Assembly: GCF_009914755.1 (NCBI RefSeq)
Contig: NC_060947.1
DNA: 64,000 bases
Reading direction: 5' to 3' (one strand)
Source: the human T2T-CHM13v2.0 reference genome, Homo sapiens
In this document: in pieces, positions 14,124 to 29,592 of the stretch
Layout of the letters: the number at the start of each line of letters is the position of its first letter
Numbering within the stretch: the first letter of the stretch is position 1
The notes under the pieces: model-generated
Seen by the model: only the letters and a program-made list of their open reading frames with translations
What the model was told of the DNA's origin: nothing
The model's database searches: none
Made by a program: the position numbers and the translations under genes

Positions 14124-16579
14124 CTGAGGAGGGAGAGGATCCTATAGGTTCTGAGCTCATCATACCCAGAAATGGAAAGTTTTCAGGAATATTTCCTTGC
14201 GGGCAAAAAATCTCTGCTTTACTGAATAATCTCTTAGCAACCAGGACCATGTGTTCCTTCAGTAACTTTTGGTGAGGTAGAATCTTGTGATGTCCCAGCC
14301 TCTTGATTTCCATATAACAGGGAGTAGGGGAGGGAGACATTGTGGAGATAATCAGAAACCTTTGGAGGCTATGAGCAACCTATATAATCCCACCTCCCTC
14401 AGTTATACTGAAATTTGAGTAGCTTTTCACAGAATCTGTAAATTTTTTATTAACCTAGTTAGGACTTTTTTGAGCCAAATGCTCATTTCTACTGTTCTTA
14501 ATACAATGCCTGTCACAAAGTTAGGTATTCAGTAAATACTAGTTGAATCTATTAATTAGGGATTCACCATAAATTTCTCGCCACTAATAAATTACCTAAG
14601 TGTGAACGTTTTGTTTATCTCGGAAATAAGATGATTAAATAAAAATATTTGCATATTTTTCATCTTGCATTCATGTTGATACACAGCCAATATATTTCAA
14701 GTCATTTTAAATAAAAGATTAATCTGTCCATGATATACTTTGTTAGATAAAGCTATTTAAATGAATTGTTTTTGGATAAATCCTGTAATGGTGTTTTCTA
14801 CTTCTTCTTTTTAACTCATTTGTTGAAAGACGGTAGGGAATAGTGGACCAGGTAATTAAATAAAGTTCATGTTGTAGTTTCTGCCTCATATGATAGCCAA
14901 AGTAAATGAGATTATTAACATGAACACTTTAAAGATGTGTATCAAAATTAGGAGGCTTATAGAGAGTCTCAAGTAATTAAGTGTGTAGCGTAGCAAATAA
15001 TGACTTTCTCTAATATTGGGGTTAAGATGTTCAGCAGAGTATGAATTATAAAATCCTCAAAATACAACTTGAAAGACTTTTGACTTTTAGCCCATTATCC
15101 TCTTGTTAATGCACATGTAAGAGATTATGTGGGGTTTTTATGTCATTATGGCAAATTATAGGCTGTACTATAGGTGCTATTCAGTATTGGATACGAATGA
15201 GTTCCAAGTAGCTTTGTTGATCTTTCACTAAAACTAGGGATTTGGCATTGACTTATCAGTGTGATTATTGTAAAAGAGATGTAGTGTGGAACTGTTTCCT
15301 GAGATTAATCCAAGTATTCAGTATCATAATTTAGAAACTCCCTTCAGTTATCTGCCCTACGTCTCCATTTACTCAGTAATGTACGCAGACTGGGAAACCT
15401 TAAGAAGGGTTGAGACTTCTGGGTTCATTACAGAGCTGTGGGTAGCCATCTTGCTGTTGTTGACTCTAGTGACCTGTAACTACAGATCAAGCTGTATGCA
15501 GCCTTTTTCTCCTTCAGGTAAGTTGGGTTGAAATCCAGTGCTCCAAGCTGCTCTGAGGCTTTAATTGCATGAGTGAACACTGAAAATGTGAAAAACAATT
15601 TTAGACCAGAATAGCAAGGTGAGTAAGGCCAAAGAATGTATTTTATGGATATTCATGAATGTCACCCACAGAATTCAATATTTTTTCCAGACGATTCTGA
15701 AAGATTATAATTTAATGGATGTTTGTTTTATTCTTCTGAGGACCCAGTTGAAATCCTGTTGATTCTGTAGCAGACTACATTACTATCCTTTGTCTTACTC
15801 TTATATCTCTGAGGTAGATGAATGCTTCAGAGGTAAGGTGTTATATTTTCAAAGGACTTTTCTATGTTTCGTTGTATCTGTGTGATCAGAAGGACAGGGA
15901 GAAAGTCTGTTTTAAAATTAGCAGCATGAGATATTAGAATCCTATAATGCTTATATGAAGTTTGGTGAAATGGTTAGCCAAAGAGAATTTTCTCCTCAGA
16001 CTAGTAACTAAATTGATATGTAGGAGCAGCCTTTCCTGAGTGACTTTCCTTGATAGTTAAAACTGCAGCAAGACATTTCAGAAGCAGTTTCCAAGGAAGT
16101 GAATGGATAGTGAGGTAATTTTCTTAAGTACTTGGATTCTGATTGTCTCCAGAGGTTTTGAAGCTGTTAGTTACACAATAGACGGATTTGATCTCCTAGG
16201 ATCTTTGCCAGGTTCGTAATTGCACTGAGATTTTTAATGATAACAAATGACAACATGATGTCCTTCTCTTTATTCTGGGAGTGAGGTGATTTGTACATAA
16301 GAAACAAAATTAGGTTTTAGTTTGAAAGGCTTGGAGAATCAGACTTCTTTTAGGCCAAATACAGTGGTATATCTGAGAGAAGAGTTATACAGCCATTGAG
16401 TTGTAATTGCTTGATTCATTAAGGTATCCTTGAAAATCATTAGACTGTCAGCAGCATGAGGGCAGGTTTTATGTCATTTTGGTAATCACTGAGTCCTAGC
16501 ACAATAGTTGACTGTGGTAAGTCCTTATGAATTTTTGTTGGAAGAATGGGAAGTATATTGAATTGCGACATCTTTTTGC

Positions 16580-16606
16580 TTTTTTTTTTTTTTTTTTTTT
16601 TTTTTT
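16580..16606 (+). repeat. Poly-T tract (27 nt)
   Basis: Direct reading; AG follows immediately. Confidence 0.95.
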
Positions 16607-19600
16607 AGCATGGGATTAGAGGCAGCAGTTTTGGACAGGAGGCAAGTCTTTTGGCCTTCTGCTCCTGGCAGGCAAGTCTTCATTTTTTAAGACTCTCAAG
16701 TGTCACCATGTTTGTGAAGACTTCTTATCTTTTCTAGGTGCAATTGACCTGACTAGTCTTCCTATAATGTGTCCTTTACTTACTGCTTTTATAGCGTCTG
16801 TGATGGGTTTATTGCATTTTTATTTGCTTCTTTCTACCATAGTAGAAAGTGCAATTATTATTCATCTGTCTATTCCTGGTATATATATTAGTAGAAAAAT
16901 GTTCCACTGCAAGTAACAGTTAGCAATAATTATCGGCCAAGGAAGTTAATCTCAGAAAATAGTAAGAAATGTGTATAAAACATAGGTAGATATATGTTTA
17001 GTGCTATTTATAATGAAGAAATAGAACCATCCTAGACTAAAACCAATAGAGGACTGATTAAATAAATGATAAATATTTATATAAGGAACTATGAAGTCAC
17101 AATTAAAATTTATGCATTTTCCAAATTGCCTGCCTTAAGTATATATGAGTTTGGTGAACAGAAAATATTCCTGACCCATATCATACAATAATCTGTATTC
17201 AACCCAATATTGGTTTTGTGTTATAGATAAAGTAAAAAAGGAGCAGTAAAGAGGAAAATGGGAAATTAAAATATTGTTCAAATCTACAGTGAAATAAAGG
17301 TAGTGAAGTAGGCAACTGGTTTGTTTAGACAGTCCAGGGGATTTGGTATCTTATTCATCAGTTATTGAGTGTATTCTCTGTGCCAACTAAGTGTTGGATG
17401 CTGTGACAAATGCAGATAGGCCAAGTCATGGCCTCCTCCCTCAAAGAACTTGCAATCTGGGGAGAATAATATACACACAGAAAATGGGGGAGCAAACGAA
17501 AATGAGTACTACAGATTTGAATGCCATAGATATTCAGAGGACAGAGTGATTACATCCTCCTGGGCTGATGAAGATACATTTCTAAGGAGGAGAAGAATTA
17601 TACTGTAATTAACAGTGGCTTTAGGATTTAAATAAAAATGGAAGGAATATCATATTTAAATGAAGGAGAATGGTGTGAACAAAGGCATGGAGATGGGAAA
17701 GTAGACAGCATTTGCAGAGAACTAGCTTGACTCAAATTTTAAGATTCTTCTTGTAGTAGAAAAGCAAATAAAAAGGGCCAGAACTCCGAGAGCCTGTCTT
17801 AGAACCTCTGATTCATATTTGCATGCCTTTATATTTGTTGCTTTTAATTTGCAAGTTGCAAAAATGGGCATTTTAATATTAGAAAATCTACTGTAGGACA
17901 GTAAGCTGAGAGCTGATAATTTTCCATTCTTGGTTCAATACTTTAGTGAGGACAACATTAGATTAAGAATCAGACCTGGAATGTGGTACTACAGGTTATA
18001 ATAAGTAGTAGCTCTGTAACCAAACTAAGCCTTGGTTTCCTCATCTGTAAAACAGGTATGATTATTCACCTCTCTGGACTCATTGGGTTTTTAATGAGCA
18101 GATCAAGTAAAATGGTATGAATGTGCTTGATGTAGAGCTGGGGGAGCAAGAAAAAAATCTTCAGACAGAACTCCCTCCATACCTCTGTTCCTGTACCTCA
18201 ACTCTGATGAAAAGATATGTAACTAGGGGAAAGAAGGAATTTACAGATAGATTTGAATCCACCTGAAAATGGAGTACTAAAGTGGTAATAGTCCAGAAAA
18301 TGTTCCCTCCACCCAGTACCATATCCTTTAGTACATTGTTTCCCGACAGTTAGACTCCAGTATAAGGTTTTGGGGATACTTTTTAGCTATAACCATATAA
18401 TAACAAACATCCTATTTTCTTTTGGCTGATTGATCCCAGGGCTGCACTGATTCTGTAAACCAACTTGGCAGGATTTCCACAAACTGCTTCTGGGGAGTAG
18501 TAATTCTTAGGGAACCAAGGCTACCCCCAAATGAACTATAATACTTTGCCCTTAATTCTTTAGAATGGAACAATAATCAGAATTATCTTGGCCCATGGAG
18601 TTGCTTATCAGCAGTTCTCTCAGGACTGCTGTTCTTTTTGGAGAAGGGCCAGTAGAGTGAGTCAGATCTTTTATGTTTTGTTTATAGAGTGACCATCTGA
18701 CATTGGTCTGAACCACCCAGGTGCAATGAGTTTCCTTTGGCATGATCATTCCACTAGGTATGCTTTCGATTGTGTCTAAGTTGTTTTAAGAAGCCATTTG
18801 AGTGGGCCAGTTTCTAAATATGTTATACAAATACAGAGTACATTGCTTCTATGCTATCTTGCCCTTGGCCGACTTATAAGAAAGAAGTTATAAGAAATTA
18901 TGGCATTAAATGTGTTATTGTATATACTATAAGGATGTTGAAGACATCATTCATTACATTTCTTCTTTTGAGGACACTGGATAATTTTTCTGTCTAATCT
19001 CGAAATCATAAGTAATAAAGTTTCTGGGCAACTGGTTTATTTTTATCTTAGGATACCATAGCTCATGTAACAAATTATTTTTTTGGCATTGGCTACTAGG
19101 AGGTTTACCCCTTACTTTGTCAAAATTACAGAACCTTCTATATCCTGTCTCTGTCTTATCTCTCTTATTATTGATCTTTCCCTTTGTCATGTTTTTCTCA
19201 AATGCTTATTTTTAAACTTTTATTTTATCTTCTTTTATTACATGATTTTGTGTAAATCATGTTTAATTCTTTCCAGAACAGGCCTACCTAGTGTGAATAA
19301 AGTGAATTTGATACAGAAATATTAAATTTAATTTGTTGAATTGGTGTACATATTTCCTTTTTTATCATGATTTGGTGATAATCTAGGACACCAATTAAGT
19401 GATATCCAGAAATATATAACAACTGAAATTTTATATAAGATAATTTGTGAGGTAAAGCAACAATTGATCATATGCATATAATAACCCCTGCAATGAACAA
19501 ACAAAGTGTGCACAGATTATATCTTGGCCCTTTCTTCTCAAGCTTCCCTGAGTCTTCATACATTTCACCTGGAAGCCTTTTATAGGAGAGGAAACATACT

Positions 19601-22189
19601 CCTAAAAATATCTCACAGTTGGTGAAGGAACAGAATGGACTTGTCTGTTGTGTATTGCCTGGTCGGAATCAATTATTCCACACTCACCCTTTGTGATCTA
19701 ACTCTTTCACTGCCATACCATCTCCACTTCACTATAGGAAAGCTTCAATTTTTGTAGTTTATTTCAGTTAAGTATTAAGAGGCAGGCTGGTTAAATTAAT
19801 TGACACATGTGAAGAGCTGATAACCCCCCTGTTTAATTTTACCAGTAGTATGCACGTGCTTGCCCCAAAGAATAAGATAGCTCTGTCTCCAGATGTCTTG
19901 ATCTAGGTTTTCACACTCTTCTTCCCCAAGGAAATAATGTAGCAGTGTACTAAGATATACACAGCTATGTGTATATCTTGCAGCTATAGATATATATGAT
20001 ATACACAGCTATGTGTATATTTTGCAGCTACAAAAATATAATCAAATCTTAAAGGCTGCATAATTTTCCAGTGTATGGATATAACAAGGTTTATTTCCAA
20101 ATGGTAAAACATTTAGGAATGGTTAAATTATGGTACATGAGTATAATGCAACTATTAAGAATCATGTTTATAGGAAGATTCTTATAATGTATGAATAAAA
20201 ACATAGAATACAAACTGGAATAACATATGAGCTCAACTCATTAAAATATCTTTTTAATTCAATAGATTTTTGCATGTCTAGTATGTGTCAAGTTTAGTGA
20301 TGCATATGAGGAAATAACATCAAATAAGATACACATGATTTCTGAAAGCATTAACTAAAATAGGACATCATTACAAAATCAAATCTCCCTTTGAGGATTG
20401 GTCATTTTTAATCAAATGTGATTAAGCTCATTTTCTAGTTTGTGGACTTTCCAGGACCCTTGTTTCATTTCTCTTCTGCTTTCTCTCCGAGAATTCATAG
20501 CACTCCAGTTCAATTAGATTGAGTTGAAGAGTTTAAAAGCAAAAGAAATCGATAATTCAAGCCTAGAATTCCACATTATTTTTAGATTTTCTTTACCTAT
20601 GTAGTTAGTGTAACCTAAGAACATCACCTTCTCCCAGGAATCCATCCTTGTAATTTTGTCTGGGCTACTTCTGCAGGAAAAGATACTAGTTTGCAAAGGG
20701 AAAAAGTGCTTCTGCACGTGCCTTTTAATTTTATATTACAAACAAACCCACACTCATGCTTTTATGAGATGTAATTCTTATTGTTATGTAGCTTTAACAA
20801 TTTAATTTTTTGTTGAGACAAATTTCCTTTGAATAATTTTTAATGATATTTATAGAACATGGATCTTTACTTAGAAAGTCTTTATTGAACATGTAAATCT
20901 TATTTAAGAATTCATCCTGCAAAATATATATTCTTGAGAATTGAGGCTAATGTTTTATTATCTCTGTCAAGTCATTACATTTTGGTTCTCCTGGTAGTTG
21001 TAATGTGATATTCTTAAACATTCACTACAGTGACATGATTTAGTATCTAGTGATGCAACAGTGTTACATCTCACAGAAATAACTGTGTCCTTCTAAGGCC
21101 TCAGAGGCATATCACATTTGTCCCATATGCTATTTGCAATGATTTCTCAATGTCATTTTTTTGTGACATGCTTATACAGTATGACAATGTGAGAGTTAAA
21201 AATGTGAGAACCTATTTCTCTCTGGTTGAATTGTCTATATTGACCTCTTGAAGTAATTTAGTGTATCTGACCTTATTTATTTTAAAATTAAAATACCTGA
21301 ACTTCTTATATGATCACTTTTAAAACACCAGATTGTTACATTTGGAGCTAAAATTCTGTGCTGTGGTATGCCTAAGATGATACAACCAAAGCCACATTGT
21401 TTATTCTACTTTTTCACTTATACATGGTGTCCATTATGCATTGATCTTGTCCAGCAAAATTAACTTTTTAAACTGATTGTTCTGCTATCTGAAGAATCTT
21501 ACTAAAATTTAATCGGTAAACTAAAAATAAGCACCTAATGCCATAGTGCATTCTGGTAACTCATAAAAGAAAAAAAAAAAAGAAACTAAAGCCTAATGTA
21601 GGCTTGTGAGGTTAAAGGAAGGTTAGTATATACTTACTGGCCATTCAAGGGTATATATAAATGACCATTTTTCCTCTTTTGAGAAGGGTGATATAATGCA
21701 ACCACACTTACAAGTGATATACTTTCCCGTTTGCAGAATATTTACTGTTTTGCCTACTATCACTGAACTGCCCTGAGTTATATACCGCTATATAATAGGG
21801 TTAAAACTCATCCGTGTCCCTTCATTTCCATGGAAAAGACTTTCTGGACAGTGGCTAAGGCTAACATAAGATTCTTGAGCTATCTCCTATGTGTGGCTTA
21901 CTTCCCACCCACCAAAATGAAGCAAATCCTGTCCAGATGCATTGTCTTCATAATGGCTTCTCTCTTTTTTGTCTCATTTCTACCTTAAGGATTCCTTCTG
22001 CCTTACTGCTGTTCTTATTTCTCTTATATTTCTAGAAGAGGCACGTAACTATATTCCTACTATTAGTTCTATCTTCCTTTTATTTTGATGACTGTTCTGT
22101 TGCTCCAAGACTCTTATTTTCACAATATTATACAGAACTCATAAGTTTAGGAAATTATGGCCTTTAGCTGATCCAAAAATTGATGTATG

Positions 22190-23610
<1,421 letters not shown>

Positions 23611-24882
23611 CAAGATGGCTTCTTCATGTACCTGTTGAGGGATGCCTCAGTGAAAGCTCTTTGTATTGCCAGAGGCTACAAAATAACCTCACAGATAACA
23701 TTTTATATATGTATAATATGCTCTTACATATGTGTTTATACATATCTAACAAATGATATCATGAATACTGTTTTATAATTTTTTCTCTACTCAATACATT
23801 GTGGACATCCTTTTTTATTTTTTGATTGGCTTATCTGTAGATCTATTTTATCCTTTTTCACAGAGCTCTGTTGAGGTATAATTGTCATATAATTGGCATA
23901 CATACACATATTTGAAGTGTACAACTGGAGATTTTTTTTATGTATGTGTACACTCATGAATTTATCATCACAATCTAGATAATGGGCAAGCAGTCACCTG
24001 CAAAAGTTTCCTACTGTCCCTTTGTAATCCTCTTCTCATACTTTTTAATGGCTGAAAAGCTTTATTTGCATATATGAAGTGTCTTTAAAATCCATACTTA
24101 CATTTGCTCACACATAGCTCAACCTAATATTTTGTTTAAATTGTAGGATGCTCACCCCATTTAGAGAAAGAAATCCACCTCCCCAACCCCAATCAAGAAC
24201 CTGCTATTGTATATCATCATAGAGCCAGATTACCTAGGTAAGAATCTTAGCCTTGCCACTTTGCAGACATTATGATCCTGGGCAAATTGTTTAACCACTC
24301 TGTATCAAATTCCTTACCTGTAAAGTGGGGATAATAATAGTTTTATATTTAACTCATAAAATTGCAAAGATTAAAGGAATTAACACAATGATCTGATAAC
24401 AAAGCACTATGTTATTATCTGCTGCTGTTATTATTCCCATGGTTTGTTATGCTAAAAGCCTCTTTTCAGTTTCTCCTGATGATATTAAAGATACGAGTTG
24501 CCAGGACCTTGTATTCAAATAGCCTACCAGAACTTATCTCCTCTTTTTAATTCCTACTTCTCTGTCACCTCCCTCTGAGCATCTTGATAAAGGTGAGGAG
24601 AAGTATGTAGCTAATCATAGGCTGTTTAAGTATTGGAGAGTTTGGCTTTAGGGACATTTCATAAGGTGAGAGATACCCAAAATAGAACACTTAAAACAAT
24701 TCCAAGACCTTATCAACCAAGATGTCAAAATATAAATTACATTTCTACATTAAAAAATGTTATTGATCACTTTGATGGTAATGATTACACATGTATAATA
24801 ACCTTTCCTTGAGCACATACTAAGTGTATATTCTAGGAAAGATCCTAAGAATTAAGGTATTTATTGTCTTTATGAAGCATAC

Positions 24883-27324
24883 TATATTAGTCTGTTCTCA
24901 CATTGCTATAAAGAAATACCCAAGACTGGGTAATTTATAAACAAAAGAGGTTTAATTGGCTCACGTTTCTACAGGCTGTACAGGAAGCATGATACTGACA
25001 TCTCCTTAGCTTTTGGGAAGGCCTCAGGGAACTTAAATCGTGGCAGAAGGCGAAGAGCCAGCACTTCACATGGCTGGAACAGGAGGAAGAGAGAGAGGGG
25101 GGAGGTGCTACACAGTTTTAAACAATCAGATCTCGGGAGAACTCACTATCACAAGAAAAGCACCAAGGGATGGTGCTAAACCGTTCATGAGAAACTGACC
25201 CCATGATCCAATCACCTCCCACCAGGACCCACCTCCTTGATTGTGAGATTTGGGTGGGGACACAGATCCAAACCATATCATTCTGGCACTAGCCCCCCAC
25301 AAATCACATGTCCCTCTCACATTGCAAAATACAATCATGCCTTCCCAATAGTCCCCCAAAATCTTAAGTCATTTCAGCATTAACTCAAAAGTCCAAAGTT
25401 CAAAGTCTTATCTGAAACAAGGCTAGCCCCTCCCACCAATGAGCCTGTAAAATAAAAAACAACTTATTTCCAAAATAAAATGGGGGTATAGGCATTGGGT
25501 AATAAATCCCCTTCCAAAAGGGAGAAATCAATCAAAAGAAAGGGGCTATAGGCTCCATGCAAGTCTGAAATCCAGGAAGGTAGTCATTAAGTCTTAAACC
25601 TCCAACCTCCAAAATAATCTCCTTTGGCTCCATGGCCTAAATCCATGGCCCAGTGATACAAGGCGTGGGTTCCCAAGGCCTTGGGCAGCTCCACCCCTCT
25701 GGCTTTGCAGGGTTCAGCACCCTTGGCTGCTTTCAAGGGCTGATGTTGAGCACCTTCTGCTTTTCCAGGCTGAGGGTACAAGCTGCCAGTGGATCTACCA
25801 TTCTGGGGTCTGGAAGATGGTGACCCTCTTCTCACAGGTCTACTAGACAATGCCCCAGTGGTGACGTGTGTGGGGGCTCCAACCCCAAATTTCTCCTCCT
25901 TACTGCCCTAGTAGAGGTTCCCCATGTGGGCTCTGCCCCTGGAGCAGGCTTCTGTCTGGACATCCAAGCTTTTCCATACATCCTCTGAAATCTAGGCAGA
26001 GGCTCTCAGGCCTCAACTCTTGCTCTCTGTGCACTCACAGGCATAACACCATGTGGAAGCTGCCAAGGCTTATGGCTTACATCTTCTGAAGCAGTGGCCT
26101 GAACTGAACCTGGGCCCCTTTGGGCCACGACTGAAGCTGGAGCAACTGCGATGTCGGGAGCAGTGTCCCCCGGCTGCACAGGGCAGCAGGGCCCTGGGCC
26201 TGGCCCATGAAACAGTTCTTCCCTCCTAGGCCTCCAGGCCTGTGATAGGAGGGGCTGCCATGAAGATCTCTGAAATGCCTTTGAGGAGTTTTTCCCCATC
26301 ATCTTGGCTAATAGTATTTGGTTTCTTTCCACTTCTGCAAATTTCTGCAGCCTTCTTGAATTCTTCTCCTGAAAATTGACTTTTCTTTCCTACCACGTGG
26401 CCAGGCTGCAAATTTTCCAAGCTTTTATGCTCTGCTTTCCTTTTAAATATGTTCCAGTTTTATGTTATTTCTTTGCCTACACATATTAGAATAGGTGGTT
26501 AAAAGCAGCCAGGCCACATCTTGAATGCTTTGCTGCTGAGACATTTCTTCTGCCAGATATCCTAAATCATCATTGTCAAGTTCAAAGTTCCACAGATCCC
26601 TAGGGTGGGGGTACAATTCAGTCAAATTCTTTGCAAGGACATAACAATAGTGGCCTTTGCTCCATTTTCCAGTTAGTTCCTCATGTCCATCTGAGACCTC
26701 TTCGGCCTGGCCTTCACTGTCCATATCACTATAACCATTCAACCAGTCTCTAGGAAGTTCCAAACTTTCCTGCATTTTCCTATCTCCTTCTGATCCCTCC
26801 ACACTCTTCCACCTCTGCCCATTACCTAGTTCCAAAGTCACTTCCACATTTTTAGGTATCTTTATAGCAGTGCTGCACTCCTTGGTACCAATTTTCTTTA
26901 TTAATTCATTCTTGCAGTGCTATAAAGAAATACATGAGACTGGGTAATTTATAAAGAAACAAGGTTTAATTGGGTCATGGTTCCACAGGCTGTATAGGAA
27001 GCATAATGCTGGCATCTGCTTGGCTTCTGGGAAAGCCTCAGGAAACTTACAATCATGGTGGAAGGTGAAGGGCAGCCAGCACTTCACATGGCTGGAACAG
27101 GAGGAATAGGTAGAGGGGAGAGGTGCTACACACTTTTAAACAACCAGATCTTGCAATAACTCACTCACTCATTCTCACAAGAACAGTACTAAGGGGATAG
27201 TGCTAAACCATTCATGAGAAACTGCTCCCATGATCCAGTCACCTCCCACCAGACCTCACCTTCTACATTGGGAATTACAGTTGAATATGAGATTTGGGTA
27301 GGGACAGAGATCCAAACCATATCA
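24883..27324 (-). mobile_element. Complete MSTA-type MaLR element: LTR (24883-25280), internal region (25281-26896), LTR (26897-27324)
   Basis: Two homologous LTRs ending ccaaaccatatca, with TSD CATAC/CATAT. Minus-strand ORF remnants (MEVTLELGNGQRWKSVEGSE...) are typical of MaLR internal sequence. Confidence 0.88.
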
Positions 27325-27515
27325 CATATTATCAATTTAAAGAGATGTGGCTAGGATTTGTAGGGGTGAGAATAGACTGGGATCTGCTGTTAGAGCAAAG
27401 GAAGTGAGTAGGTCTTACTGATTGGTAATGTTAGATTGAGCCATGGATATTGCCACTGTTTTAAACCTGTGTAATGGGAGTTTGTTTTACTACTTTCCCT
27501 AAACTGAAAACAACC

Positions 27516-27876
27516 TGTCTTAGTTGATTCAGGCTGCTATAACAAAATACTTTAGGTAATTTTTGAAAAACAAAAATTTATTGCTCACAGTTCTGGAAGC
27601 TGGAAGTCAAAAATCAAGATGACAGCAGATTTAGTGTCTGGTGAGAGCTTACTCTCTGCTTCAAAGATGGTACCACCTTATTGCTGTGTCCTCACATGGC
27701 AAAAGGGGATGGGAAGCTCCCTCAAGCCTCTTTTATAAGGATAGTAATCCCATTCATGAGAATGGAGCCTCATGACTTAATCCCTTCCCAAAGGCTCCAC
27801 TCCTTAACACTGTCATATTAGGTATTAATTTCCAACATATGAATTTTGGAGGGACACCAACATTCAGACCATAGCA
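27516..27876 (-). mobile_element. MLT1A-like MaLR solo LTR inside an old L1 fragment
   Basis: TGTCTTAG...CAGACCATAGCA with TSD CAACC/CAATC. Confidence 0.8.
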
Positions 27877-28310
27877 CAATCCAAATGTCTATCACTGGTA
27901 GAATGAAAAAATGAACAGGGGTGTGTGTGTATGTACGTGCCTGTGTGTGTGCGTATAATATACAGAGCCAGTGGTAAGAATGAATCTGCTACAATTACAT
28001 GCAACAGTATGGATGAATCTCACAAACAAGATACTAAGCAGAAGCCAAAAAGATCTAAAAGCATACACTAATGATTTCATTTATATGAAGATCAAAAACA
28101 TAAAACTCATTTATGGTATAAGAAATCAGGCTAGTGATTCCTAGTGCTTGCCACTCCTTTCCTCACTCTGCTAATTCCAAATACAGAGCTTGTCCTCATC
28201 ACTGTAGACACCACCACTACTCTTACTGTCACAGAGTGTCCAGGATCGTCTTCTTCAGGGCTTATAAGTTCCAGGGAAGTTACAAGGATGGCTATCTACA
28301 AGGAAACATT

Positions 28311-28421
28311 GAATGGGAACTGGCTAAAGCCTCAGGCATGGATAAAAATTGGATGGGAACTGGCTAAAGCTTCAGGCATGGATAAAAACTGGATGGCAAC
28401 TGGCTAAAGCCTCAGGCATGG
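28311..28421. repeat. 40-bp tandem repeat, about 2.8 copies
   Basis: Unit ~ggatgggaactggctaaagcctcaggcatggataaaaayt repeats with period 40. Confidence 0.93.
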
Positions 28422-29592
28422 GTAGGCATCCTTAAGGTAGGGAGGTCATCAGCAAGGGAGTGGCTACTGCCCAAGGGAAGCCCTCAGCACATAGCCCCAG
28501 GAATGATTCTGACCATGTGCTTGCTCTTATGGTCTGTAGATGCTGAACCCACCCCCAAGGGCCTCCTGAGCATTCAAGAAATGGTCGTCACTAAAAATGC
28601 TCCTTCATTTTTAATCTGTTTGATTCCTTTCAGATCTGACTCTTCCAACCTAGGCCTCACTGATTTCTCTCTTTCCTTCAATCCAGAGGAGACTTTCTAG
28701 CCTGGGAGGTGGGTTTGGATGGGTAGGATTGGAGGAGGAACTTTGCTGTCATTATTTTATTTAATCATTTCATCTGCTAGAAGACTTCTTGCTTTTCCCG
28801 AGTACCTTAAAAGACAGAAAAACTTATTTTTTCTCTTTTTCTGACCCATACTTGTCTTTCATTTGAAGCAATAAACACAAAATGGCTTAGCTACTTGCAG
28901 GGCAGATGGTAAATACACAGTAAAGAAAGAAGCAGAAAAAAAAAATCAACTATTGGGAGAAACAACTTTAGTTAACATCTTAAAATGTCATTCCATAAAA
29001 CTTGGGTTGAATTAGGTAATAAAAGTATTATTAATATTATGGAATTTCGAGGAGAAACGAGTTTATATGTGTGGTGGAGAAAATATTTGTTTTTAGATTC
29101 ATAGTATTTCAGGTGGTGGCAAGATATCCAGGTGTAGATTTCTCTGAGGCATTTAGAATTGTAGAACTGAAGGGGTGGGTCAAGGCTGAATGTATAGATT
29201 TATTGGGATGGAAGGGAAAATTCAAACATCATTGTGGATGAAATAAACTATTTCTGTTAGAGAATACAATTGACTTTATGAAGTGATTTATAGGGCATCT
29301 AGATTGTTTGATGTGGTATGCAATGACGTTTTTATTCACTGAGGTGTTTCTATAGTTAGGATAATTTTATTTAGATGGTTGTACCATTATCTTTAATATT
29401 TTATTGTGCACTAGAAATATAAGTCCCACTGTCATATAAAATTAGTATCTCTCACTTGAAAGAGAATTCTCTTACTGTTGTTATTGATGGTGCTGGATCT
29501 CTGTTTCAATGATACTTACACTGGGCTTCCTTGTTTTTTTTTTTTGACTTGTTGATGTGTGAAAATTCAGTAAGCCATTTCATTGTATACAC

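Noticed and set aside
28311-28421. Possible CRISPR-like array
   Set aside because: Contiguous tandem units with no unique spacers, in a eukaryotic intron with no cas genes.
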